Below are positions 1 to 8,622 of a DNA stretch of 64,000 nucleotides, piece by piece. Where the stretch lies: positions 36,134 to 100,133 of the forward strand of contig CALVTJ010000002.1 of the NCBI GenBank assembly GCA_944362545.1, in the 5' to 3' direction. The notes beneath the pieces were generated by a model that did not search any database, was not told where the DNA came from, and worked only from the letters and a program-made list of their open reading frames with translations. This DNA is from an uncultured Clostridia bacterium (lineage in GTDB: Bacteria > Bacillota > Clostridia > Christensenellales > UBA1242). Made by a program: the position numbers and the translations under genes. The first letter of the stretch is position 1, and every line of letters starts with the position of its first letter.

Positions 1-573
1 AAACTTGGAAGTCCAACACTTTTTGAGCCATATCTTGAAAAAGTGAGAGATTTAACAAAAATTCCGATTGATATATTGAGGCGTGATGTTAATCAACAGC
101 AAGAAAGACCAAAATTTAAAATTCAAGAGCCGACCCTGCCACAGACAGTGGAAAATGGCGATGAAAAAGCAGCGAAATTTATTTTGGCATCGCTTTTGCA
201 CAAAAAGGACTATGTGGACAAGCGAATTGATTATCAGAAACTTTTGGAAGGTTTTGAAAAATATTTGGATATAATAAATCAAAATCTGCCATTATCTGCA
301 ATCTTTGATGATGAAGATTCATCCAGTGATAAAATGCTGATGGAACTTGTCAATTTCAATTTTACAGAATTTGAAAGTTATGCAGAACGGTATTTTAGAG
401 AATGTGTTTGGAAAATTGCCGAACAAAAATTGCGACAAAAACAAAGTCAACTCAATGAAGAATATAAAAATTGTGAAGATTTGACACGAAGAGCGGAAAT
501 TGCCAAGATGCTTGGCAAGATTGCAATTCAGTTGAAAAATAAAAGTTTGGAGGAATTCAATGTCAGAAGATAA
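1..573 (+). CDS. dnaG: DNA primase DnaG, C-terminal part (5' end lies outside the window)
   Basis: Frame 1 is open from base 1 with no stop before 571-573, so tracked ORF 43..573 is the tail of a longer gene. It overlaps the sigA start (560) by 14 nt, matching the conserved Firmicute dnaG-sigA operon. The residues themselves are only weakly diagnostic. Confidence 0.6.
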   Translation, partial: KLGSPTLFEPYLEKVRDLTKIPIDILRRDVNQQQERPKFKIQEPTLPQTVENGDEKAAKFILASLLHKKDYVDKRIDYQKLLEGFEKYLDIINQNLPLSAIFDDEDSSSDKMLMELVNFNFTEFESYAERYFRECVWKIAEQKLRQKQSQLNEEYKNCEDLTRRAEIAKMLGKIAIQLKNKSLEEFNVRR

Positions 574-1636
574 AAAACAAGATGGAGCAAGAATCAAATT
601 GATGCAAGACCGACTCCTTGCTCTTGCTATAAAAAAAGGTTCCATAAATGAGGATGATGTGAGATTTTCCATGTTGAAAGTGGGAGATAACGCACAAAAT
701 GTGGACAAATTTTTGGGACATTTAAAGAAAAAGGGCATCAAAATCATCGCCAGCAACGATGAGGATTTGTATAAGGACAATTTTTCGGATTTGGTGGCAT
801 CCACAAGTGTAGATGATCCTGTGAAGATGTATCTCAAAGACATCGGCAAAGTCCCTCTCTTGACACCAGAACAGGAGAAGGATTTGGCAAAAAAAGTTAT
901 GCAGGGTGACCAATACGCAAAATCTGTTTTATGTGAATCCAACCTTCGTCTTGTTGTAAGTGTGGCAAAAAAGTATGTTGGTAAAACCTCAATGTCGTTT
1001 CTTGACTTGATTCAGGAAGGAAATATGGGATTGTTGAGAGCGGTGGACAAGTTTGATTACACCAAGGGCTTTAAGTTTTCGACTTATGCAACTTGGTGGA
1101 TAAGACAGGCTATCACTCGTGCCATGGCTGACCAATCAAGAACAATTCGCATTCCTGTGCATATGGTGGAGACAATCAACAAATATGTCAAGGTCTCCAG
1201 AACTTTGATGCAAAAACTTGGCAGAGACCCAACCATTGAAGAGATTGCGAAAGAGATGGATTTGTCCGTAGCAAAGGTTATGGAAATTCAAAAGACTGCA
1301 CAGGACCCAATTTCTTTGGAAACCCCAATGGGCGAAGAAGATGATGGAAAAATGGCAGATGTCATTGTGGATGAAAGCGCAAAATCACCAATTGAAAGTG
1401 CGACACAGACTTTGCTTCGAGAACAACTTTTGGCCGTCATTGACACATTGACACCAAGAGAACAAGAGGTTATTCGACAAAGATATGGACTTTTGGATGG
1501 CAGACAAAAGACCTTGGAAGAGGTCGGCCGTGAATTCCATGTGACAAGGGAACGTATAAGACAGATTGAAGCAAAAGCGCTTCGCAAATTGAAAAATCCC
1601 AGCCGTAGCAAAAGACTTGCGGACTTTGTGGACTGA
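560..1636 (+). CDS. sigA: RNA polymerase primary sigma factor (sigma-70 / SigA)
   Basis: GGAGG lies 6 nt before the ATG. Region 2 motif [16 protein letters not shown], region 1.2 [16 protein letters not shown], and region 4 [24 protein letters not shown] are all present. Confidence 0.97.
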   Translation: MSEDKKQDGARIKLMQDRLLALAIKKGSINEDDVRFSMLKVGDNAQNVDKFLGHLKKKGIKIIASNDEDLYKDNFSDLVASTSVDDPVKMYLKDIGKVPLLTPEQEKDLAKKVMQGDQYAKSVLCESNLRLVVSVAKKYVGKTSMSFLDLIQEGNMGLLRAVDKFDYTKGFKFSTYATWWIRQAITRAMADQSRTIRIPVHMVETINKYVKVSRTLMQKLGRDPTIEEIAKEMDLSVAKVMEIQKTAQDPISLETPMGEEDDGKMADVIVDESAKSPIESATQTLLREQLLAVIDTLTPREQEVIRQRYGLLDGRQKTLEEVGREFHVTRERIRQIEAKALRKLKNPSRSKRLADFVD

Positions 1637-1669
1637 TGGTGAATAACAAAATAAAAAATGGAGATAAAG

Positions 1670-2377
1670 ATGAATATTGAAAACTTGTTGAAATATCAAA
1701 AATTGGATCAGGAACTCTTTGCAGTTGAACAAAAGATTGCAAACAGTCCTTATCGCAAAAAGGCAAACGAACTTGCAACCTTGGCAAAAAAGACACAGAC
1801 AAAATCCGTGGAACTTGAAACGGAAGCGGAGAAACTTTTGGCACAGATTGAAGATTTGAAAGAGAAGTATGCTACAAACAAAGCACAGGCAGACAAGATG
1901 ATGTCCGGCAAGATTGAAAACATGACAGTGGAAGAACTTGACAAGTTGTCCACATTGCAAAAAGCAATTTCAAAAAATTTGAGTGTGCTTGAAAAAATGC
2001 TCCAAAAGAGCGCTGAAAACATCAATCACATTTTGGCAGAGTTTAACAAGACAAAGAAACTCTATGACCAAGCCAGAACACAATATGTCACTTGCAAGCA
2101 AAAACTTGATGAACAAACCAAGGCAAGCGAGCCAGAGAAAGCAAAAATCAAAAAACAGTTGGAAGTTTTGGAAAAGGATGTTGACCCACAGATTATGGCG
2201 GATTATAAAAAGAAACGCAATGATAACATTTTTCCTGTCATTGTTCCGCTTGAAAATGGAAACTTTTGTGGCAGATGTCGCATGGAACTTCCAAAAGTGG
2301 CAATTTCGCGACTCAAAGAAAAAGGAATTATCACTTGCGAACATTGCAAGAGATATATCTATTTGAAACAAGAATGA
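1670..2377 (+). CDS. Coiled-coil protein with C-terminal C4 zinc ribbon (COG1579 / DUF164-like)
   Basis: Long K/E/Q-rich coiled coil ends in CGRCRMELP...CEHCKRYIY. I prefer the ATG at 1670 (GGAG 6 nt upstream) to the tracked 1658. Confidence 0.7.
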   Translation: MNIENLLKYQKLDQELFAVEQKIANSPYRKKANELATLAKKTQTKSVELETEAEKLLAQIEDLKEKYATNKAQADKMMSGKIENMTVEELDKLSTLQKAISKNLSVLEKMLQKSAENINHILAEFNKTKKLYDQARTQYVTCKQKLDEQTKASEPEKAKIKKQLEVLEKDVDPQIMADYKKKRNDNIFPVIVPLENGNFCGRCRMELPKVAISRLKEKGIITCEHCKRYIYLKQE

Positions 2378-2396
2378 ATGTCAATTTAACAAGTTG

Positions 2397-2425
2397 AGAC
2401 AGAACAATGATGTTCTGTCTTTTTT
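2397..2425. terminator. Bidirectional intrinsic terminator between convergent genes
   Basis: Perfect 10-bp stem agacagaaca / tgttctgtct with a 4-nt loop, T-run on the plus side and A-rich sequence before it. Confidence 0.7.
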
Positions 2426-2429
2426 GTTT

Positions 2430-3581
2430 TTATAAGATTTTTTCTACTCTTTTATGTTTTAAAAGAGTTTTGATGGCTAGCACAAGGCGTTCAATCTCTT
2501 GGTAGGTGTTGAAGTAGGACATTGACACACGCACCGCACCTTGTGAAAGTGTGCCGAGCGCTTTGTGTTTGAGTGGAGCACAGTGAAAACCGCTTCGCAC
2601 GCAGATTGACCATTTTTCGTTTAGGTAGTTTGCCACTTCCGGTGAGTCAACATTTGGAATGTTGAAGGCAAACACGCCGTTTGTGTTTTCGGTTTTGGTG
2701 TAGATTTCAATTGGCAGTTTTGATAGTTCATAGTGCAGATAAGTTGTCAAATCTTCCAATTTTTCTTGAATTGGTTTGAAGTTTTCTTCAACAAATTTGA
2801 CTCCTTCTCCAAAACCCAAAATGGCAGGAGTGTTTATTGTTCCACTTTCAAAGCGTTCTGGCAGAGTGAGAGGTTGAAAAAGTTCCAGCGAGTTTGTGCC
2901 TGTTCCGCCAAAGCGAATGGGTGCAAGGTCAAAATCGCCATTGATGGCAAGAGCGCCAACTCCTTGCGGAGCATAAAATCCTTTGTGTGGAGCAAGAGCG
3001 AGCATGTTGATGTTCGTATTTTGCATATCATAATGAAAATGTCCACCACCTTGTGCACCATCCACCAAAAACAAAATGTTCTTTTCTTTTAAGTGTCTGC
3101 CTATATCTTCAATGTCACAAACATCACCATTTACATTTGAAACATGATTGCATATGACAAGATAGGTCTTATCGGTCAGCAGTTTTTCAATATCTTGCCA
3201 AACAATGCCCAACCTTCCTGACTGTTGGGCGATGGAATAGTCAAAATCGTGAGATAAACTTTTGAGATGTTCCAATGGTCGCAACACGGAGTTGTGTTCA
3301 TTTTCTGTGCAGATGATATGACCATTAGGTCTGAAACTGCCTAATATGGCAAGATTGAGCGCATCGGTGCAATTTAATGTGAAGATGATTTTGTCTGGAG
3401 TTGTGCCAACATGGCATGCCACAGTTTCTCGCACATTTTGCACGGCAAGTGCTGATTTGAGCGCTTGCTTATGCCCACTTCTTCCAGGGTTTGCTGAAAA
3501 CTCATTGAGCCCGCTCAAAACCGCTTTTTGAACATTCTTTGGTTTGATAATACTTGATGCAGAGTTGTCGAGATATATCAT
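2430..3581 (-). CDS. Cysteine desulfurase / class V aminotransferase (NifS/IscS/Csd-like)
   Basis: N-terminal IYLDNSASS and the PLP-lysine region LAPHKGFYAPQGVGAL. Length 383 aa. Confidence 0.85.
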   Translation of the reverse strand: MIYLDNSASSIIKPKNVQKAVLSGLNEFSANPGRSGHKQALKSALAVQNVRETVACHVGTTPDKIIFTLNCTDALNLAILGSFRPNGHIICTENEHNSVLRPLEHLKSLSHDFDYSIAQQSGRLGIVWQDIEKLLTDKTYLVICNHVSNVNGDVCDIEDIGRHLKEKNILFLVDGAQGGGHFHYDMQNTNINMLALAPHKGFYAPQGVGALAINGDFDLAPIRFGGTGTNSLELFQPLTLPERFESGTINTPAILGFGEGVKFVEENFKPIQEKLEDLTTYLHYELSKLPIEIYTKTENTNGVFAFNIPNVDSPEVANYLNEKWSICVRSGFHCAPLKHKALGTLSQGAVRVSMSYFNTYQEIERLVLAIKTLLKHKRVEKIL

Positions 3582-3658
3582 TTTGACCTTCTTTTAAACA
3601 AAAGATTTGTATTAACAATATAATAAATTAGGGGAGTTTTTGTGCATAAGGAGGTGCT

Positions 3659-3916
3659 GTGAATTATATTATTGCGATTTTCAGGTCAAGGTATGCAACA
3701 CTAAATTTTTCCAATCTTCTTCGTGCTAACAACATCCCTGTTGCCATCATAAACACTCCACAAAGCATAAATCGAACTTGCGGAATTTCTGTCAAGTTTT
3801 TGAGTGATTATTTTGGCAAAGTGCAGACTTTGCTTTCGCGAATTGATTTGAGAAGTTTTGATGGATTTTATTCGCTGACAGTCAGGGGAGGAAAACCCAA
3901 CTTGATAAAACTTTAA
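3659..3916 (+). CDS. DUF3343-like small protein (putative sulfur/selenium-relay partner)
   Basis: AAGGAGG precedes the GTG start. The 85-aa pattern IFRSRYATLNFSNLLRANNIPVAIINTPQSINRTCGISVKF fits DUF3343. It is divergent from the cysteine desulfurase, a common pairing. Confidence 0.6.
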   Translation: MNYIIAIFRSRYATLNFSNLLRANNIPVAIINTPQSINRTCGISVKFLSDYFGKVQTLLSRIDLRSFDGFYSLTVRGGKPNLIKL

Positions 3917-3953
3917 AATTGACAAAATAAATCCAAAAAGTTCTACAAAAGAG

Positions 3954-3987
3954 AAGAAGCACAAAGGCATAAATGTGCTTCTTTTTC
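3954..3987 (+). terminator. Intrinsic terminator after the DUF3343 gene
   Basis: 9-bp stem aagaagcac / gtgcttctt followed by a T-run. Confidence 0.6.
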
Positions 3988-4000
3988 ATAAAATAGCGTT

Positions 4001-4543
4001 ATGAACGCTTGGGCAAAAGGGATTATAACCATTTTTTTATGTTTGTCATTTTTGTTTTTGGCAGTTTTTGGCGTGCAGTGCGTGTATGGCTATCTTTTTC
4101 CTGTCAAGTTTGAAACAGAAATCGAGCAGGCGTGTGCGGAAAGTGGAGTAGAGCGGGCGGTGGTGTTTTCTCTTATCAATGTTGAAAGCCACTTTGATGA
4201 AAATGCTTCATCTTCAAAAGGTGCGGTGGGGCTTATGCAGATTATGCCCAGCACTGCACAGGAAGTGGCAATCTCACTTGGCATAAAGGATTTTGATTTG
4301 CAAGAACCAGAGCAAAACATTCGCATTGGCACTGCATATCTTGCCAAACTTTTGAAGCGTTTTGAAGATTTGAAAGTGGCACTTGCCTCTTACAATGCTG
4401 GACCATCCAATGTCAGCGCATGGCTGAAAGATGAAAGATACAGCGATGATGGCAAAACATTGAAAGATATTCCGTTTGCAGAAACAAAAAATTACATTGA
4501 AAAATTTGAGAAAAATTATCGCTATTACAGCAAAAAAATGTAG
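4001..4543 (+). CDS. Membrane-anchored lytic transglycosylase (SLT domain)
   Basis: N-terminal TM helix, catalytic-Glu motif NVESHFDENASSSKGAVGLMQIMPSTA, and downstream AYNAGPSNV. Confidence 0.9.
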   Translation: MNAWAKGIITIFLCLSFLFLAVFGVQCVYGYLFPVKFETEIEQACAESGVERAVVFSLINVESHFDENASSSKGAVGLMQIMPSTAQEVAISLGIKDFDLQEPEQNIRIGTAYLAKLLKRFEDLKVALASYNAGPSNVSAWLKDERYSDDGKTLKDIPFAETKNYIEKFEKNYRYYSKKM

Positions 4544-4565
4544 AAGTGTTTCTTGTTTTTTATTT

Positions 4566-5444
4566 TTATAATGTTGCAAAATCTGCTTCATCAAACCAAG
4601 CAGGTGCACTGACTGTATCATTTGATTTTGTCAAAATAATGGTGGCATCACATGGCACAATCAAATCTCCGGTTTGACCAAAAGTTTGCATTTGAAAGTT
4701 GATTGAAATCAGTTGGTTGTTTGAGTCAAAGGTCATTATCATCTCGCCAAAGCCATCGGTTTTGAGTTTTTCAAGTGTTTCGCCAGAGCCAAACATTCCA
4801 TCAGCATTTGGGCATTTGTCCATGACAAAGTTTGCATATTCAAACATGTTAAGGTCAATTGTCAAAGAGTAGCTATTTGGTCTGCTGGTTTTTGTGACAT
4901 CGTTTTGATAGATTATGTCAAATGCATCATCCAAAAACATATAATCAAATGAAACCAAAATCATGCTCAAATTTTGACTTTCACTCATATTGTCGGCAAA
5001 AAGTGATTTGCTTTTTTCTCCATCACGGTCGGTGTAAACATATTCGCCATCATAATATTCCAGTGTGCTTGTTGTGAAGGTCTCGCTTCCGCTAACATCG
5101 TTTAGGCTGTTTGAAAGAGTGTATCTTGTCCACACTCCGTTGGTCTTTTCAATAAGTGCCATATATTGAGTGTTGCTTGACATTTCTCCTGCTGACATTT
5201 TGCTTTCAACATAGACATCTGTGTTATGAAATTTTGTGAAAACATCTCTGTTTGTTGAAGGTATCTCATCTTCCAAAGCATTTGTCATTTTTTCAAGCGC
5301 AAGGGCGTTTACAATGATTTCCTTTGCCTGCAAAATAGAAATTGTTTCAGTGCTTTTCTCTCCACATCCTGCAAACAAAAAACATCCACATATTAAAATC
5401 ATGCAGACATTAAAAATGCTTGTCCAAATTCTTTTAACTGTCAT
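4566..5444 (-). CDS. Putative lipoprotein, unknown function
   Basis: Signal peptide with lipobox LFAGC|GEKS. No recognisable domain. Confidence 0.55.
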   Translation of the reverse strand: MTVKRIWTSIFNVCMILICGCFLFAGCGEKSTETISILQAKEIIVNALALEKMTNALEDEIPSTNRDVFTKFHNTDVYVESKMSAGEMSSNTQYMALIEKTNGVWTRYTLSNSLNDVSGSETFTTSTLEYYDGEYVYTDRDGEKSKSLFADNMSESQNLSMILVSFDYMFLDDAFDIIYQNDVTKTSRPNSYSLTIDLNMFEYANFVMDKCPNADGMFGSGETLEKLKTDGFGEMIMTFDSNNQLISINFQMQTFGQTGDLIVPCDATIILTKSNDTVSAPAWFDEADFATL

Positions 5445-5575
5445 AATTTATCTCCTATTACTATTTATAATAGCGGGGGGGGGATAAAAGTCAAGTTTTA
5501 TGCGTTTCATTTTAAAAGACAAGATGAAAACTTTTTGAGTAAACTTGAAAATGAAAAAAAGTGCAAAAAATTTCT

Positions 5576-5658
<83 letters not shown>

Positions 5659-5735
5659 ATGAGTTGGTATAGTTTTTCTTCCAAATTCCACATTTAATAA
5701 AAAAATACGAAATTTGGTTCGTATTCAAATGCTTT

Positions 5736-5811
5736 TGGTGGCTCGCCGGGGGTTCGAACCCCGGACCCCAAGATTAAAAGTCTTGTGCTCTACCAACTGA
5801 GCTAGCGAACC
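5736..5811 (-). tRNA. tRNA-Lys(TTT)
   Basis: Reverse complement GGTTCGCTAGCTCAGTTGGTAGAGCACAAGACTTTTAATCTTGG...GGTTCGAACCCCCGGCGAGCCACCA. Anticodon loop CTTTTAA. Confidence 0.93.
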
Positions 5812-5841
5812 TTAATTAATTTTACCTCTCTTTCAAAAGGT

Positions 5842-5916
5842 TGGCAGGGGTGGCAGGATTTGAACCTACGCATGCAAGAGTCAAAGTCTTGTGCCTTACC
5901 GCTTGGCTACACCCCT
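5842..5916 (-). tRNA. tRNA-Gln(TTG)
   Basis: Reverse complement AGGGGTGTAGCCAAGCGGTAAGGCACAAGACTTTGACTCTTG...GGTTCAAATCCTGCCACCCCTGCCA. Anticodon loop CTTTGAC. Confidence 0.92.
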
Positions 5917-5954
5917 ATGTTTTAGGTGCCGTTTTTGACATTCTGTTTTTTTTG

Positions 5955-6030
5955 TGGCTGGGGTGGTAGGATTCGAACCTACGCAATGTTGGAGTCAGAG
6001 TCCAATGCCTTACCGCTTGGCGACACCCCA
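5955..6030 (-). tRNA. tRNA-Gln(CTG)
   Basis: Reverse complement TGGGGTGTCGCCAAGCGGTAAGGCATTGGACTCTGACTCCAA...GGTTCGAATCCTACCACCCCAGCCA. Anticodon loop CTCTGAC. Confidence 0.92.
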
Positions 6031-6058
6031 ATGTCCGCATTTTTCTGCGGATTTTTTA

Positions 6059-6135
6059 TGGGGTGATCGAAGGGGGTTGAACCCTTGACCTCCAGAGCCA
6101 CAATCTGGCGTTCTCCCAACTGAACTACGACCACC
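6059..6135 (-). tRNA. tRNA-His(GTG) with encoded G(-1)
   Basis: Reverse complement G-GTGGTCGTAGTTCAGTTGGGAGAACGCCAGATTGTGGCTCTGG...GGTTCAACCCCCTTCGATCACCCCA. Anticodon loop TTGTGGC. The extra 5' G is typical of tRNA-His. Confidence 0.92.
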
Positions 6136-6138
6136 ACA

Positions 6139-6215
<77 letters not shown>

Positions 6216-6218
6216 AGA

Positions 6219-6292
6219 TGGAGCAGGTGAAGGGAATCGGACCCTCGCAACCAGCTTGGAAGGCTAGTGTTCTACCACTGAACTACACCTGC
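6219..6292 (-). tRNA. tRNA-Gly(TCC)
   Basis: Reverse complement GCAGGTGTAGTTCAGTGGTAGAACACTAGCCTTCCAAGCTGG...TCCGATTCCCTTCACCTGCTCCA. Anticodon loop CTTCCAA. Confidence 0.92.
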
Positions 6293-6340
6293 AAATGCTT
6301 TTATAGTTTATCATGCACCAAACAAAAAGTCAAGAAATTT

Positions 6341-6381
6341 TATAAAAAAATATAAAAAGAATGACCACAAAAGGCCATTCT
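6341..6381 (-). terminator. Intrinsic terminator downstream of the Spo0A_C-like gene
   Basis: Hairpin agaatgacc / ggccattct (9 bp, 1 mismatch) at 6358-6381, followed on the minus strand by a long U-rich tract (plus-strand A-run 6341-6357). Confidence 0.6.
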
Positions 6382-6403
6382 CGTGTTTTTATTCATTTTT
6401 TCT

Positions 6404-6775
6404 TTATATGACATTTTTATAAAGTCCCAAATTGTAATACTCCGCTACAAGTTTGATTATTTCCGCAGTAGTTGGCTTGTAGCCAGGTTTGAAAATTTCC
6501 ATGCCATAAATTTTATTTACGATATCAAATCCTTTGGTGTTGTATGTAAGTGTTATGGCATTTTGAATGTTCGCTTCCACACGGAAGGGATTTTCAATGC
6601 CAAGTTGTTCGGCCACTATTTTAAACAAGTTTTTGAGATTGTAAACCAACATTGGTTTTTCTATCACAAGTTCCACTGCCTTGACAAGAAAGGAAAAACC
6701 AACCAAATCACATTTGATCCCTATCCTTATAAGTGTCAATTTGACAACTCTTTCAACTTCACTCATTTCTTCCAT
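6404..6775 (-). CDS. Stand-alone Spo0A C-terminal (DNA-binding) domain protein, no receiver domain
   Basis: The 123-aa protein aligns by eye with the Spo0A effector domain: LIRIGIKCDLVGFSFLVKAVELV (cf. HEIGVPAHIKGYQYLREAI), NPFRVEANIQNAITLTY (cf. TASRVERAIRHAIEVAW), YKPTTAEIIKLVAEYY (cf. KPTNSEFIAMVADKL). Confidence 0.75.
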   Translation of the reverse strand: MEEMSEVERVVKLTLIRIGIKCDLVGFSFLVKAVELVIEKPMLVYNLKNLFKIVAEQLGIENPFRVEANIQNAITLTYNTKGFDIVNKIYGMEIFKPGYKPTTAEIIKLVAEYYNLGLYKNVI

Positions 6776-6886
6776 TTTTCCACCTTTTATCCTTTACCGA
6801 CATATTATATCATGAAACTTTAAAATTAGCAAATATTTTTCAATATTTTACAAATTATATTTTAAAAATATTTTATTGCAAGATTC

Positions 6887-6915
6887 TTGCCTAATTTTTT
6901 AGAATCTGTTATAAT
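6887..6915 (+). promoter_or_regulatory. Sigma-A type promoter for tRNA-Ser
   Basis: TTGCCT, 17-nt spacer, TATAAT (6910-6915). The tRNA starts 12 nt later. Confidence 0.6.
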
Positions 6916-6926
6916 GTTGTCATTGT

Positions 6927-7017
6927 GGAAACGTATCAAAGTGGTCGCACTGAGCCGCACTCGAAATGCGGTTGTCGAGGAATCGGCACGTGGGTTCGAA
7001 TCCCACCGTTTCCGCCA
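6927..7017 (+). tRNA. tRNA-Ser(CGA), class II, CCA encoded
   Basis: GGAAACG acceptor pairs with CGTTTCC. Anticodon stem-loop CCGCA-CTCGAAA-TGCGG, long variable arm TGTCGAGGAATCGGCAC, T-arm GTGGGTTCGAATCCCAC. Confidence 0.88.
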
Positions 7018-7117
7018 ATTTTTTTTATTAAAGGCAGAAAACTAAAAAACGGTGGGATAAAAGCCTCTGGCTTTTGCAAAACAAAAGTTTTGCACGAACC
7101 CACTATCGTGGCTGAGA
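6997..7117 (+). repeat. Copy 1 of the 120-bp duplicated module (tRNA-Ser T-loop/acceptor 3' end plus 100-bp structured trailer)
   Basis: 7011-7117 matches 7201-7307 with one mismatch (g7108 / a7298). The overlap extends back into CGAATCCCACCGTT of the tRNA. Confidence 0.95.
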
Positions 7118-7187
7118 CCGCGAGCAGGGGAGAAGAGTGCGGTCAGCGGTTTGACTTGGAGTAAACAAGTTTACTGTCAAACCTATG

Positions 7188-7307
7188 CGAATCCACCATT
7201 TCCGCCAATTTTTTTTATTAAAGGCAGAAAACTAAAAAACGGTGGGATAAAAGCCTCTGGCTTTTGCAAAACAAAAGTTTTGCACGAACCCACTATCATG
7301 GCTGAGA
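7188..7307 (+). repeat. Copy 2 of the 120-bp module, beginning with a truncated tRNA 3' end (cgaatccaccatttccgcca)
   Basis: Offset is exactly 190 bp from copy 1. It lacks the tRNA 5' half, so it is a tRNA 3' fragment plus the same trailer. Confidence 0.95.
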
Positions 7308-7362
7308 ACAAGGTTCAAGATTCCATTTTTTTGTTGGAGCAAGGGGTGAAAGATATTTAATT

Positions 7363-7929
7363 TTAAATTTTCTCTTCAATATCAAGCATGCCACTATGAG
7401 ACAATTTTTGATATATAGCGTTGCAAATAAGGCAGTCTTTTTCTGCTCGGTGTGCACCGACAATGTCAATGCCAAGATGACTTGCCACTGTGGTCTGTTT
7501 GTGATTGTAAAGGTGTGGTAAAAATTTTCTTGCAAAACGCAAGATATCGACATAATCATTTGACAGTGGGGTGTTTAAATAATATATCATGTTGTCATAA
7601 AGAAAATTTATATCAAAATTGACATTATAGCCCATAAGAATGTCATCTCGGACAAATTCTTTTAAGCTAATCAGGGCAGGCACAATGTCAATGCCGGTTT
7701 GTGCGATGTTGGTGGTAATGCCTGTAAGTTTTGTTATAAATGGATGAACCTTGCCTTTTGGCTTTATGAGAGTGGAAAATGTGGCGACCTTTTCGCCGTT
7801 TCTAAATTTAACGGCAGATATTTCCAAAATTTCACAGATATGAGAAAGAAAACCGTTGGTTTCAATGTCAATGACCACATAATCTTTTGGATATGTCCAC
7901 AAACTTTGACCTTTAAATTCTCGCATCAT
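7363..7929 (-). CDS. DEDDh 3'-5' exonuclease (DnaQ / PolIII-epsilon-like), stand-alone
   Basis: GGAGG lies 4 nt before ATGATG at 7929. Exo I VVIDIETNGF, Exo II GYNVNFDINFL, Exo III HRAEKDCLIC. I prefer this start to the tracked 7980. Confidence 0.85.
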   Translation of the reverse strand: MMREFKGQSLWTYPKDYVVIDIETNGFLSHICEILEISAVKFRNGEKVATFSTLIKPKGKVHPFITKLTGITTNIAQTGIDIVPALISLKEFVRDDILMGYNVNFDINFLYDNMIYYLNTPLSNDYVDILRFARKFLPHLYNHKQTTVASHLGIDIVGAHRAEKDCLICNAIYQKLSHSGMLDIEEKI

Positions 7930-8202
7930 TTTTCCTCCAATGTTTAAAAAATTGATGTATGCATTGCGTTTTTTATACATTTAAGTTGGTTTGATTGTCA
8001 AAATATTAGTTTAAAGATGTTTTATTATAGCATAAATTGGTCAATTGTTAAACAATGGGAATTGACATTTCGAAAAAATTTCAAAGATAATCCATTCGCC
8101 ATTTTTCGTGATTTTTAGCAAAATTTGACATAATTTTCTCTGTAAATTTGCTGTTTTTTGGTTTATAATGTTGTCGCTATTTTTTAAAAGGAGAAAAAGA
8201 TT

Positions 8203-8541
8203 ATGCCATTTATTGTCACAGAACCACAGAGAATTGAAGGAACAGAACTTGGTTTTGCCGTTTATCCCTATCATTTCAATTTTCAGGACTTTTTGGAAAA
8301 AGATAGAAAATTCAATAATAAACTTTTGATTTTCAAGATGAAACATTCGCCATTTGCTGAAGTGGAATTTGTTTTGTTTGAGTCTAGATATTCCGATCAA
8401 ATTGAGTCAAAATATTATGTCAATGATGTTTTGAAAGAATTTGTCAAGACTCATCAACAATATATCATAGATCGTGAGAAGTTGGAACGCTTTTTTGATA
8501 AAAACATCTACAATCGCAAACACATTGGTCCTTCACTTTAA
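8203..8541 (+). CDS. Hypothetical protein (112 aa)
   Basis: AAAGGAGAAAAAGATT precedes the ATG. No recognisable motif. Confidence 0.5.
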   Translation: MPFIVTEPQRIEGTELGFAVYPYHFNFQDFLEKDRKFNNKLLIFKMKHSPFAEVEFVLFESRYSDQIESKYYVNDVLKEFVKTHQQYIIDREKLERFFDKNIYNRKHIGPSL

Positions 8542-8622
8542 CCAAAAATAATTTTCTGCGTGATTTTTCTCCCTGCATTTGCTAAAGAGGTCTCTTTTGT
8601 GGTATTCTTTATTTATTAAATC

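Noticed and set aside
6925-7360. Tracked ORFs 6925..7164 and 7151..7360 (79 and 69 aa) that share the peptide FPPIFFIKGRKLKNGGIKASGFCKTKVLHEPTI
   Set aside because: They are read through tRNA-Ser and the duplicated 120-bp module. The shared peptide is only the translated DNA repeat. There is no SD, and the first ORF starts inside the tRNA.
6927-8541. Integrated prophage or ICE at tRNA-Ser
   Set aside because: A tRNA 3'-end duplication is present, but no integrase, excisionase, or phage or conjugation genes follow, and the repeats are only 190 bp apart. It is kept as a structured-repeat finding instead.
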